Shown: positions 46,448-55,860, numbered from the stretch's first letter. The stretch is 64,000 bases of DNA from Deltaproteobacteria bacterium (GCA_947466225.1 CANIBL010000004.1:2408-66407); one strand, 5' to 3'. The notes: generated by a model not told the origin, from the letters alone. Made by a program: numbers and translations.

Positions 46448-47974
46448 TTGCGTACGCGATCGGTTTTTTTACTGTGGAACCAGCTGCGCAGTTTCCCCAG
46501 ACCCCTCCTTGCTGGGTGGAGAAAGAGCCGGATCTTCTCGCAATCCGGCTCTTTTCTGCACAGGGGAGAAGCAACGAGAGCATGGGAAAGGAGCCAAGAT
46601 CAGACACGGGCAGCCAGACAGAAGGGGCCCAACGGGTCACAAATCGCAATCGAGAGTGGAGGGTCCTTGACGAGAGCTCTGCCTGCGATTTTGAGAGGTG
46701 GGAAGATTCTGTCTGAGCGCCGGCCGTGTCTCCTTATGGGCTTCTTTCCCATGCTCTCATTGCTATTCCATTTTATTGCAAGGAGGGGTCTGGGGAAACT
46801 GCGCAGCTGGTTCCCCAGTGCGCTATTTCTCTCTCTCAGCTCTTGCGCCACGTTTGACCATGGGTCTCAAACAGCCCGTACAGTGGAGCCAGGTAAAACC
46901 CTCTATAGTGCGAGTTATCACATTACCCTCGATCATCTGGAGAGCCCGCTTGACAAGCGGTTGAAGGGAGACTTCCACTCGGACTTCAACTCCACCCAGC
47001 TGAGTTCGAGTGTGAGTGCCGGAATGCGCTATGGGCTTTCCTCTCATATCGATACTGGCCTGCGGTTGAACTTGGATCATGCGTTGGTGGATGTGAAACT
47101 AGGGTCTTTTGGGGGGACCAGGTGGCGAGTGGGAGTGGGTGCCTCTGCTTCGCTGCCCACTTTAAGTGTTTTGTCACCGGAAACCTACTATGGAGGCCTT
47201 GCAGCCTATGCATCTTATGACCTTGCCTCCAATGCCATTGCTTATCTGGATCCCTTGTACGTGTACGTGCCCCAATTTCACGGTCATCAAGATGTATGGG
47301 GGCTTTCGACTGGGCTTATCGTAGGCAAAAAAACCGGACTCCTTCTGGGCTATGACTACTACCATACTCCTGCGCTGGAAGCAGGGTACGAACAATATAA
47401 GATCGGAGTGGTGCAAGGTATTGATTATTTACAAGGGAAGTCAGCTGTACCAGAGGTTTCCTGGCTTTCCATTCTACTAGAGGCTGGATTTGTACAGGTT
47501 CCCTATCCTTCTCTCGGCGTTACCGCCCAGTTTCCCACTGGAATGAGATGGACGCCCGAATTTTCTGTCGCAATGGGTGCTGGCTGGGCACCAGCTGTAT
47601 TGGAGGAGAAAGAAGGCTGGATTTTACCCTCGTTGGTCTCTCTTGGGGGTGTGTACGATGTTACCCCGGTCTATGGTATTGGGGCTGCGCTGGCGCGCCG
47701 TCAGGTGTTTTTTACTGCCAATGGGCCCACGGGATGGGTACGAGGCGCTGCATACAGTCATGGGATTCAGGCCTCCTTTCGCCAGACTTGGACTACCTCG
47801 AGCCTAGAGTGGATTGGGGTATATATCCCGCTTCCATTCTTACCCCAGGGCCGCAGTCTTTCAGCTCGTGAGGGGGAGGCCTGGGAGAACCCAACGGAAC
47901 AATATCAAGACCTTGCGCGTCGATTGGAGCGGTTGCCGTCGGTGCAATTTTTGCGGTATCGGATGCTTTTGTAA
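46448..47974 (+). CDS. Putative outer-membrane lipoprotein whose 5' part is occupied in-frame by element B
   Basis: Continuous 508-aa ORF; lipobox LSSC right after the element; beta-barrel-like remainder (TARTVEPG, MRYGLS..IDTG). Confidence 0.65.
   Translation: MRTRSVFLLWNQLRSFPRPLLAGWRKSRIFSQSGSFLHRGEATRAWERSQDQTRAARQKGPNGSQIAIESGGSLTRALPAILRGGKILSERRPCLLMGFFPMLSLLFHFIARRGLGKLRSWFPSALFLSLSSCATFDHGSQTARTVEPGKTLYSASYHITLDHLESPLDKRLKGDFHSDFNSTQLSSSVSAGMRYGLSSHIDTGLRLNLDHALVDVKLGSFGGTRWRVGVGASASLPTLSVLSPETYYGGLAAYASYDLASNAIAYLDPLYVYVPQFHGHQDVWGLSTGLIVGKKTGLLLGYDYYHTPALEAGYEQYKIGVVQGIDYLQGKSAVPEVSWLSILLEAGFVQVPYPSLGVTAQFPTGMRWTPEFSVAMGAGWAPAVLEEKEGWILPSLVSLGGVYDVTPVYGIGAALARRQVFFTANGPTGWVRGAAYSHGIQASFRQTWTTSSLEWIGVYIPLPFLPQGRSLSAREGEAWENPTEQYQDLARRLERLPSVQFLRYRMLL
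46471..46819. mobile_element. Non-autonomous MITE/REPIN-like element B (349 bp)
   Basis: About 41-bp TIRs ACTG(T/G)GGAACCAGCTGCGCAGTTTCCCCAGACCCCTCCTTGC; conserved core at 46608-46725 inside a long stem. Confidence 0.85.
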
Positions 47975-48070
47975 AAGGGGGGGCTTGCTTTTTCCCCATT
48001 CGGTCTTATGCTGAGACGTATGATACGATCGGATAGATCGCGACGATATTGATAGAAAGAGGAGGATCGA

Positions 48071-48859
48071 ATGATGCAGATGCAAACTTCAAACCCCGCC
48101 TTGCGGACTGACGTGTTTCAGCAAGCTCGGGGGAGGACCCAGTACAGTAGCGGTGTGATGACCGTGCAAGGTACGGTGAATAAGGCCTTGATTTTACTTG
48201 GATTGCTCTTAATTTCCGCTGCGTGGATGTGGAGTTTGGCGTACCGAACCACCGGATATGGCGAAGTTGCCATTATGACACATCCGGGGATTTTGATGCC
48301 ATGGATGATGGGAGGATTGATCGGGGGATTGGTCTGTGCTGTGATCTTGATTTTTAAACAAGAATGGGCTCCGACCCTAGCGCCGGCCTATGCTGTGGCA
48401 GAGGGTTTGTTTTTAGGCGGGCTTTCGACCACCTTGGAGCTTCGCTACCCTGGATTGCCAACCCAAGCAGCTGCTTTGACCTTTGGCGTCTTGGGCGCCA
48501 TGCTCTTTGCCTATAAGGCCAACCTCATTCGCCCTACAGAGAAGTTTCGTACGGGTATGATGGCTGCCATGGGTGGATTGATGATCGTTTATTTGGCTTC
48601 CATGGTGATGAGCTTTTTCGGCGGTGGATTTTCCTTCCTCGCGAGCAGCAGTCCTTTGGGAATCGGCTTTAGCTTGGTAGTGGTGGTGATTGCCGCGCTG
48701 AGTTTGGTCTTGGATTTTGATTTTATCCAACAAGGCTCTCGCATGGGCGCGCCGAAGTATATGGAATGGTACGGGGCATTTAGCCTTATGGTAACGCTGG
48801 TTTGGCTCTATATGGAGATTTTGCGTCTCCTTATGAAGTTGAACGATCGCCGTGACTAA
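48071..48859 (+). CDS. Bax inhibitor-1/YccA family membrane protein
   Basis: SNPAL, MTVQGTVNK, LDFDFI, EWYGAFSLMVTLVWLYMEILRLL. Confidence 0.9.
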   Translation: MMQMQTSNPALRTDVFQQARGRTQYSSGVMTVQGTVNKALILLGLLLISAAWMWSLAYRTTGYGEVAIMTHPGILMPWMMGGLIGGLVCAVILIFKQEWAPTLAPAYAVAEGLFLGGLSTTLELRYPGLPTQAAALTFGVLGAMLFAYKANLIRPTEKFRTGMMAAMGGLMIVYLASMVMSFFGGGFSFLASSSPLGIGFSLVVVVIAALSLVLDFDFIQQGSRMGAPKYMEWYGAFSLMVTLVWLYMEILRLLMKLNDRRD

Positions 48860-48936
48860 AGAATCGCCTTTTTTATTTCTCCCAAATCGGTATAGTAGCG
48901 GCATCGACCATTCACTGAATATAAGAGCCGCTATCT

Positions 48937-49218
48937 ATGCCAAAAGTTCATATTACCACCGACAACTTGACCTTGGATGTTGAAAAAGGCTACCCCTTGA
49001 TCGACATGTGTGATGAGTACGATACCTCCATTCTCTTTGGGTGCCGAGATGGCGCCTGTGGTGCTTGTATGGTACGGGTACTCGAGGGAGCCGAGAATCT
49101 CTCGAAGATGGATGAAAACGAACGAGACTTTCTGGAGACCATGGCCGCACAAGAAAACGAGCGCCTGGCTTGTCAATGTCGCGTATTTGACGATGTCACC
49201 CTTGAAGTCTCCGAGTAG
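48937..49218 (+). CDS. 2Fe-2S ferredoxin
   Basis: CRDGACGAC...RLACQC. Confidence 0.92.
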   Translation: MPKVHITTDNLTLDVEKGYPLIDMCDEYDTSILFGCRDGACGACMVRVLEGAENLSKMDENERDFLETMAAQENERLACQCRVFDDVTLEVSE

Positions 49219-49861
49219 TCGTCTCCTCTCTCAACGAAAAAAGCGACTGGTAGAAGCCATCGCCCGTTGGGAGGCAGCAGAGCCAGATCCTCGCTGTGAG
49301 CTGTACTATGAAACCCCGTACCAGCTCCTGGTCTCTGTTTTACTTTCTGCTCAAACCACAGACAAAATGGTGAATCGCTGTATGGAGCCTCTCTATCGGG
49401 CAGGATTTTCTCCCGCTACGGTATTGGAGTGGGGCGAAGAGCGTCTGTTGTCGCACATTCGGTCGATCGGATTGGCGCCTACGAAGACGCGCCATGTGTT
49501 GGCCATGACTCGATTGTTGCTGGAGCGACACAATGGGATCGTACCCGAGAGTCAGCAAGCGCTAGAGGCATTGCCAGGCGTGGGGCGCAAGACGGCCAAT
49601 GTGATTCGGGGGGAATTGTTCCGTCAACCCACACTTGCGGTAGATACCCATGTACTGCGCGTTTCGGCTCGATTGGGATTGCATGAGGCTTCGAACCCGT
49701 TGCAGGCAGAAAAAGCGGTCTTGCAGCTTGCGCCCCCGGGTTCTTTGCCTCGACTGCATCACTGGTTGGTGTTGCATGGACGATATGTATGCAAGGCTGC
49801 ACGGCCTGCCTGTGGGAGCTGTTTATTGGCGGAGATTTGTCCAAAGGTTGGAGTTAGTTGA
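49193..49861 (+). CDS. nth: Endonuclease III
   Basis: LLSAQTTD, LPGVGRKTAN, VDTHV, C-x6-C-x2-C-x5-C; start approximate. Confidence 0.93.
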   Translation: MSPLKSPSSRLLSQRKKRLVEAIARWEAAEPDPRCELYYETPYQLLVSVLLSAQTTDKMVNRCMEPLYRAGFSPATVLEWGEERLLSHIRSIGLAPTKTRHVLAMTRLLLERHNGIVPESQQALEALPGVGRKTANVIRGELFRQPTLAVDTHVLRVSARLGLHEASNPLQAEKAVLQLAPPGSLPRLHHWLVLHGRYVCKAARPACGSCLLAEICPKVGVS

Positions 49862-49868
49862 TTTTTCT

Positions 49869-49915
49869 TTTTTATCCTCAAAGGAGTGCGCTCCCCCCTC
49901 CTTTGAGGATAAAAA
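49869..49915. terminator. Perfect hairpin between convergent genes; family-A terminal motif
   Basis: TTTTTATCCTCAAAGGAG-TGCGCTCCCCC-CTCCTTTGAGGATAAAAA. Confidence 0.7.
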
Positions 49916-49917
49916 TA

Positions 49918-51339
49918 TCAAGCGGCAGATTCCGTCGTCCTGGGGGACTTCTCTGCTTCTGGCAAATAGGGGGATCCCAAAATGCGGGCCAGCATATCCC
50001 CTACTTCTCTTCGATACAGAAACTGAAAATGGGTCATGTTATGCATCGGCACAGCAATGACATTGGGTTGAGGCGGGGAAATGTGGAAAATCCCATTATC
50101 CCCTTGTGCCACCCTATCCCGGTCGGAGTAAATGGTATAAATCTGCACATCTGAGGGAACTTTACTCGCATGCAGCTCTTGTAGAAATTGACTCCCGGGT
50201 CGCATCTGCCACATATCGCGGAAAATAAATCCCAACGGGGTTACCAAGGCAATCCATGTGAGCATGCTACCGCGAAAGGGTGTGCCCAATGTAACGAGGG
50301 TTTTGCAGTGTCGATGTCCCCCCATGCGCAGTAGCCACCACAGTGCTACCAGGCCTCCTTTGGAGTGCGCGACGATGTGAATGTGTGAAATCTGGTGACG
50401 TTCAAATTGTCGCTTGAGCTTTTTGTCGATAAATTCTGCAGTCTCCGTGATGCTACGGGTAAAGAACACTTCGAGAAGTCCCCCTAAGTTAAAGCTAATC
50501 AGCTGATAGCCTCGCTCAGAGAGAATTTTCTCGAGTACCAAAAGCGAACGACGAGAAGAAAAAAATCCGTACAGGAGTAGGACCGGGATTTTCTTGGGAT
50601 CATGCACCTGACGTTTCACAATGTCATTGTTGCGGCGCAACTCATGATAAATCTCATACATCATGGCCTTGAACCGCCACCACATGCCGGTGCCATTTTT
50701 GCGCGCATAGAATTCAATAATCAAACCTGGCAAGAGGAGTACGCTTATCACGGATACTGTCGTGAGAGAGGCTTGAAAGAACGTTGCCTTGGGATCTGCG
50801 AGCGCAGCAAAGACATAAATCTCGGGTAAAGAGCCCAAAAAGGTAAACAGCATGACGTAGCGAAAGCGCAGGTCCAAGAGTCCGTAGCCCAGCGTCAAGA
50901 GGTCAAAGGGGAAAAAGGGAATAAGCCGTGTGGCAAGTACCACCTTCCAGTCTTGGGACCGAAGAAATCGCACTGTTTGAGGCAGGTTATTGGAAAGCCA
51001 CGGACCGATGAGAAGCTTACCGGCTTGTTTGGCGATGAGGTACACCACCAGGCACGCACACAGCCCTCCGATGGAAGAGACAAACGTGCCCAAGGCTGGT
51101 CCAAAGGTATGACCTGCCATCAGGGTAAGAAGATTAAGGGGGGTAAGTACAAAGGGACGTAGGGTGGCAAAAAGGAGGAAGTTTCCTATGGTAAGGGGCT
51201 TGCCTTGTAGGCATGAAATAAAGGATTGGGTGCATACCTCGCTCCAAAACAGAACGATGCCCAGTATCAAGAGAACGGCAATGGTGGCCTCGATCAGGAG
51301 TACGGTTTGGATCTGTTTGCGATACTGGCGAATATCCAT
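49918..51339 (-). CDS. Fusion of a VTT/DedA (TVP38/TMEM64) domain and an alpha/beta lipase domain
   Basis: N-half AGHTFG, RLIPFFPF, TFLGSLP; C-half PVLLLYGF, AHSKGG, LGTPFRGS, DRV, THF. Confidence 0.85.
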   Translation of the reverse strand: MDIRQYRKQIQTVLLIEATIAVLLILGIVLFWSEVCTQSFISCLQGKPLTIGNFLLFATLRPFVLTPLNLLTLMAGHTFGPALGTFVSSIGGLCACLVVYLIAKQAGKLLIGPWLSNNLPQTVRFLRSQDWKVVLATRLIPFFPFDLLTLGYGLLDLRFRYVMLFTFLGSLPEIYVFAALADPKATFFQASLTTVSVISVLLLPGLIIEFYARKNGTGMWWRFKAMMYEIYHELRRNNDIVKRQVHDPKKIPVLLLYGFFSSRRSLLVLEKILSERGYQLISFNLGGLLEVFFTRSITETAEFIDKKLKRQFERHQISHIHIVAHSKGGLVALWWLLRMGGHRHCKTLVTLGTPFRGSMLTWIALVTPLGFIFRDMWQMRPGSQFLQELHASKVPSDVQIYTIYSDRDRVAQGDNGIFHISPPQPNVIAVPMHNMTHFQFLYRREVGDMLARILGSPYLPEAEKSPRTTESAA

Positions 51340-51482
51340 CGGAGCCGACTTTCACGAGAGGAGGAAACCCTCTTCTTTCATTATACGGGAGGAGATAAAA
51401 TCTCTTGCCTTTTCTCCCCTATCTCCGTACGGTGACTCCGATGAAAAATTGAGGCAATTCTGTGGATATTGAAGGTGTAACA

Positions 51483-52580
51483 ATGAAATTTTATTGGAAA
51501 TTACTTCTCATTTTGGGATTTTTTTGGAGCTCTGCTTGGGGCATGACCCAAGACTTTACCCCATTTTTTGGAAAGCTGACGCAGGCGGAATATCAAACTC
51601 GGTTGGAAGGGTGGATGGTAGCGGATGGGAAGAACTGTGATCCTGATGGTCGGGTAAACGCATTGGCCTACCTAAAACGTCATTTTGTGGAAAGCGCAGA
51701 AGGTCTTCAGGTGTATGCTGACACCGAGAGGAGTTTGCTTCTTACCTCGATCCCGTGGAAAACAATTGATACAGCAGAGGCAGAGGAATCAGCGCCTTAC
51801 ACCCTGATTCTAGATCCGGGGAAAGAACGTGATGTGATCAACTTTACAGGATTGGGAACGGGTACATTCAATTATAAAGAGGCCATGGCATCTGCTGCAC
51901 TTTTGGTGCAGGAAAAATTTCACACCACACACCACCCTCGCTTGGCAAAAGTTTTGTCAACTTCCGATGCACGCCCGATGCCTACCACATTAATAGAAGG
52001 CGTAGCTGCGGCACAAAAATTGATTCAAGGAGCTGACAGCCCTGTTTTGCTGATCACCGTGCATATGAATGTCAATCCTGCACCACAAGCTGGAAGCGTG
52101 CCTATTTCTTCTGAGTTTCCTTACATTGTGAGTTTTGTACCGGGTGGATACATGGACGGGGAATTGAGGGGGGAATCAAGACGGATTTACTCCTTTTTAC
52201 AACATCTATTTTCTGAACAGATCCCTACTTCCATTGCCTTGGCCCAGCGAATAAATGAAGAAATTCAGCAAGCATTTCCTACTACTACATTATTAGATGC
52301 TGCAACCGCCCGAAGGATCAACGCGTTTGACTTGCATACTTGCTCACTGACCAATATCCCTGGCGTACAGGGCCGTAATTTGGCCATAACAGCACTGCCT
52401 GCTGCTTGTGTTTACACGTTTGGTCCCTGTTTTAACCACCCCGATGTTGTAGAGGCTTGTTTGGAATCAGATACCGGCGTGCTGTCCATTTCGCGCATAC
52501 TCGCAGACGCCATTTACAACGGTATCATCGGATTTTTGGATGGACCGGCTGCCCCTGCCCACGCTACAGTACCAGAGTAG
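51483..52580 (+). CDS. Exported amidase_3-like protein with degenerate zinc site
   Basis: Signal peptide; LILDPGKE (canonical DPGH), ITVHMN, SIALA, GVQGRNLAI, LADAIYNGI. Confidence 0.55.
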   Translation: MKFYWKLLLILGFFWSSAWGMTQDFTPFFGKLTQAEYQTRLEGWMVADGKNCDPDGRVNALAYLKRHFVESAEGLQVYADTERSLLLTSIPWKTIDTAEAEESAPYTLILDPGKERDVINFTGLGTGTFNYKEAMASAALLVQEKFHTTHHPRLAKVLSTSDARPMPTTLIEGVAAAQKLIQGADSPVLLITVHMNVNPAPQAGSVPISSEFPYIVSFVPGGYMDGELRGESRRIYSFLQHLFSEQIPTSIALAQRINEEIQQAFPTTTLLDAATARRINAFDLHTCSLTNIPGVQGRNLAITALPAACVYTFGPCFNHPDVVEACLESDTGVLSISRILADAIYNGIIGFLDGPAAPAHATVPE

Positions 52581-52598
52581 TTCACGATACCATCACAT

Positions 52599-53261
52599 AT
52601 GGGGGTTCCGACCTTGAAGCCTCTCCTAGGAATCGGAAAATGCGTTGCTGTGTTGGCCGATTTGGTCGGCGCTTGTCTTCTCTTGCTTTATGCTGTGGTC
52701 ATGGGCCCCTTGGGGGTGCTGAGAGGTCCCCTGGTGTGGGAGCGTACCCTTTGGTACCTCTCCGTCTTTGCGCCGATGCAGATGCTCATGCGATTTGCGC
52801 GCATGGTGATCGATTGGCGCCTGGGCCACTTTGACCTTGCTATTGCACAAGGGGAAGCTTTGTTGCGTGCAGTGGAGCAGATCTATGCTACCAAGAAAGC
52901 CGACGCGCGGTATCATCGTGTTTTGCTAGATCTTTATGTTCTGCTAAGCCGAGCCTATCTCCACTCTGGCAATATCGATGCTGCCATGCAAATGGTGCTG
53001 CGTGCCAATCGCATCCTGAGTATAGATAAACTGCCGGGACTTGGCCAACTCGATGCCAAAACGTGCCACCTGGTGCGCGCCGGTCTTGCGGCGGGGCGCT
53101 TGCTGGAGGGCGGAGGGCTGACCACTCTCTTTGTGCGTACCCAGGCTAAGGCGGCTGCGCCGGCAGCTGCTGCCATGACAGACTTGCCCCCAGAGCCGGC
53201 AAAGGCCCCCACTGGCGGCGCCAAGGTGATCCCCTTTCCATCAGGGGCAAAGCCGGGGTAG
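52599..53261 (+). CDS. Hypothetical protein with a TPR-like helical region
   Basis: 220-aa ORF; LSRAYLHSGNIDAA; C-terminal KVIPFP. Confidence 0.65.
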   Translation: MGVPTLKPLLGIGKCVAVLADLVGACLLLLYAVVMGPLGVLRGPLVWERTLWYLSVFAPMQMLMRFARMVIDWRLGHFDLAIAQGEALLRAVEQIYATKKADARYHRVLLDLYVLLSRAYLHSGNIDAAMQMVLRANRILSIDKLPGLGQLDAKTCHLVRAGLAAGRLLEGGGLTTLFVRTQAKAAAPAAAAMTDLPPEPAKAPTGGAKVIPFPSGAKPG

Positions 53262-53273
53262 GTAGTTTTATAT

Positions 53274-53560
53274 ACTGGGGAACCAGCTGCGCAGTTTCCC
53301 CATACCCCTCCTTGCCTGGAGCTGGGAGAGACACGGTCTCTCAAAATCGCAGATTATACTCACGTCACGGACACTTCATTCTGTGACTGCGATTTGTGAC
53401 CCGTTGGGCCCCTTCTGTCTGGCTGCCCATGTCTTATCTCGGATTCTTTCCCACGCTTTCGTGTTCTTCTCCTCTTCGCAGGGAAGAATCCTCTTGCCAT
53501 CCCGATCTTCCAAGCCAGGCAAGGAGGGGTCAGGGGAACCTTCGCAGATGGTTCCCCTGT
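53274..53560. mobile_element. Element C, second family-B copy (287 bp; core on minus strand, truncated)
   Basis: TIRs as in element B; GGGCAGCCAGACAGAAGGGGCCCAACGGGTCACAAATCGCA is identical to 46608-46648, in reverse orientation. Confidence 0.85.
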
Positions 53561-53646
53561 AATATACAGTAGGCAAAAATTTCCGATCCGTTCCTCGCAC
53601 CACTTTGTCGATGGAAAAGAACATCATCGCACAAGTGGGGTTTCTC

Positions 53647-53913
53647 ATGTCCGTAAAAATATCCGAAGGGTGCAGCTACCTGCTCTATAGCAAATCCAAA
53701 CTTATCGCGTTCACATTCCTACTGTTGGGGACCTTTGCGGTATTGGTCTTTTTGCTCGGTACCCATTTTCTGAGTAAAGGCCATTGGATGGGGTTGGTGG
53801 CGCCCATTTTATTGGTGGCAACGCCGTTGATGCGCTTTCCTCTGACAGAAACGTGGGCCTATGCACCTTGGCAGGCAAAGCCGTGTAAGTATGAATATCA
53901 TCATATAGAATGA
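53647..53913 (+). CDS. Small two-TM hypothetical protein
   Basis: Two hydrophobic segments, then PLTETWAYAPWQ. Confidence 0.6.
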   Translation: MSVKISEGCSYLLYSKSKLIAFTFLLLGTFAVLVFLLGTHFLSKGHWMGLVAPILLVATPLMRFPLTETWAYAPWQAKPCKYEYHHIE

Positions 53914-54785
53914 GGGAGAGGTTGCGCAGGCTTTTGTTGTGATAGGAGTGCCGATGCGATCATGATTAACACAGCGCCGGCAATCTGGACTGGCCCCAAA
54001 GATTCTTGAAACAACCATACGCCCACAAGTACAGCAAAGATCGGTTCGCTCATACAGAGCAGAGATGTAGCCGCTGCACCGATGCGTTGCATGGAGGCAA
54101 AGATTGCGACCATGGGAAATAGTGTGGCAAACAAGGCAAGTCCTACCATCATGCTAAAGAGGGAGATTGTGGGGGCTGGAAAGTGCGGTGCCCAGAAGCA
54201 TGCGAGCAAGCTGCTACCGATAGCAGCCCCCACGGCAACAGCCCACGAGGTAATCCAGATGGTACATCCTCGACTCACATGATGGCTGATGGATAGATAG
54301 AATGAGTAAAGAACGGCAGAGAGCAGCGCTGCTACAGCCCCGATCCAAGTACCATGTATGGTTTGGGTGCCCACCACCAAATATGACCCTACCCAGCTAA
54401 GGGCGATGAGGCCCACTTGCTGCGAGCGAATGGGACGTTGAAAAAGTATTCGCTCCCAGAGCAAGACCAAGGATGGATATACATAGATTAAAATTGCAGC
54501 AGTACCGGGTCCCAAATCCTGTACTGCCACAATGTAGCATGCGACTTGAATGGTGATGACCAGCATGCCCAATAGAAGGAGTTTCCTTACGCTAGACCAT
54601 GCCAGGGTATGTCGAGATTGGATGGCAACCGGACCCAATAACAAGGCAATGATCCAATAGCGACCCATCAGCATGCCAGAGGGGGTGATACCTTGAGAGG
54701 AGAAGAAATGAATGAAGATTCCGGAGCTCCCATAGCCACAAGCTGCGAATGTGGCCAATAGAAATGCCTGTCCAAATCGTCCCAT
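53901..54785 (-). CDS. EamA/DMT family transporter
   Basis: About ten TM segments; AAILIYVYP, IGAAATSLLCMSEPIFA. Confidence 0.9.
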   Translation of the reverse strand: MGRFGQAFLLATFAACGYGSSGIFIHFFSSQGITPSGMLMGRYWIIALLLGPVAIQSRHTLAWSSVRKLLLLGMLVITIQVACYIVAVQDLGPGTAAILIYVYPSLVLLWERILFQRPIRSQQVGLIALSWVGSYLVVGTQTIHGTWIGAVAALLSAVLYSFYLSISHHVSRGCTIWITSWAVAVGAAIGSSLLACFWAPHFPAPTISLFSMMVGLALFATLFPMVAIFASMQRIGAAATSLLCMSEPIFAVLVGVWLFQESLGPVQIAGAVLIMIASALLSQQKPAQPLPHSI

Positions 54786-54860
54786 GGGTCACCCTCTTGA
54801 TACTCGTGGTGTGAATATAAAAGAGTGTATAAAATACAGATGGTTCATGATATGCGAAAG

Positions 54861-55778
54861 TCAATGTAGCCTCGTTGCGATTTTCTCGGAAAGCTCCCAT
54901 AGTTTTTTTGCGATGGTAGGATTTTCAGCATCTGCGCGTGGAGCCGTCCGGTTGCTGTGAGAAAAATACATGCCAGAGACTGTGGCAAGGGCAGGGCTTG
55001 TGGCAACATAAACTTGGGTAGCGGCCCCTTGATGCGCATTTTTGAAGAGGAGGGGGCCAGCGGCAGCATATAGCAAGTGACCAAGTCGGTTGTATCGAGC
55101 CAGATTGGTTGCGACAACACCCGGATGAACTGCGTTGGCGGTTCGTTGGGTGCCGCGAAAGCGCCGCGAAAGCTCTTTGGCAAACAGGATATTTGCAAAT
55201 TTGGATTGGCTGTAGGCCCGCCATGGACCGTAGCCCTTGTTACCATCGAGATTGTCAAACTCGATGCCACCTTTGGGGGCGCGTGTGTGGGCAGCACTGC
55301 TGACCACGACCACACGACCGGTCAGGGTAAGTTGGTTGAGTAGCTCCGTCACGAGAATAAAATGACCGATATGGTTGGTGAAGAATTGCATTTCATAGCC
55401 GTACGCAAGCTCTATCTTTGGCAACGCCATGATGCCGGCATTGCAGATGATCGCATCGAGTTGGATCCCTTTTGCTACGATAGATGCCACACAAGCGCGT
55501 ACACTAGTAGGGTCAGAGAGCTCGCATGCGAGTGGCACAGTGAGGCCTGCCACAGTCTCGCAAGCTGCACGTGCCTTCTCGAGAGTGCGTGCCGTGCCAA
55601 CTACACATGCGCCGCGTAAGGCCAGCACGCGCATGGTCTCCAGCCCAAGTCCGGAATTACAGCCGGTAACGAGTATGTTTTTGCCGGCGAGGGAGAGGCC
55701 AGCTGTGACTTCCTCCGCTGTGGATGTATACCCAAAACCACTCAGACCTTTTGATCTGAATGCTTGGCAGAGTGGCAT
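54861..55778 (-). CDS. SDR oxidoreductase (retinol-dehydrogenase/WWOX-like)
   Basis: TGCNSGLG, CNAGIM, NHIGHF, VSS, YSQSK, VHPG. Confidence 0.9.
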   Translation of the reverse strand: MPLCQAFRSKGLSGFGYTSTAEEVTAGLSLAGKNILVTGCNSGLGLETMRVLALRGACVVGTARTLEKARAACETVAGLTVPLACELSDPTSVRACVASIVAKGIQLDAIICNAGIMALPKIELAYGYEMQFFTNHIGHFILVTELLNQLTLTGRVVVVSSAAHTRAPKGGIEFDNLDGNKGYGPWRAYSQSKFANILFAKELSRRFRGTQRTANAVHPGVVATNLARYNRLGHLLYAAAGPLLFKNAHQGAATQVYVATSPALATVSGMYFSHSNRTAPRADAENPTIAKKLWELSEKIATRLH

Positions 55779-55819
55779 AGATTTTTCCTTATGACATTTT
55801 TTACTGGGAACTCTCCTAT

Positions 55820-55850
55820 ACTGGGGAAACTGCACAGCTGCTTCCCCAGT
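55820..55850. repeat. Solo family-B hairpin
   Basis: ACTGGGGAAACTGCACAGCTGCTTCCCCAGT. Confidence 0.7.
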
Positions 55851-55860
55851 AAAAGAAAGA

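Noticed and set aside
46650-46700. Hammerhead, twister or HDV ribozyme identity for the element core
   Set aside because: TGACGAG resembles CUGANGA but the C and the GAAA element are absent, and the pairings needed for twister or HDV were not found by eye.
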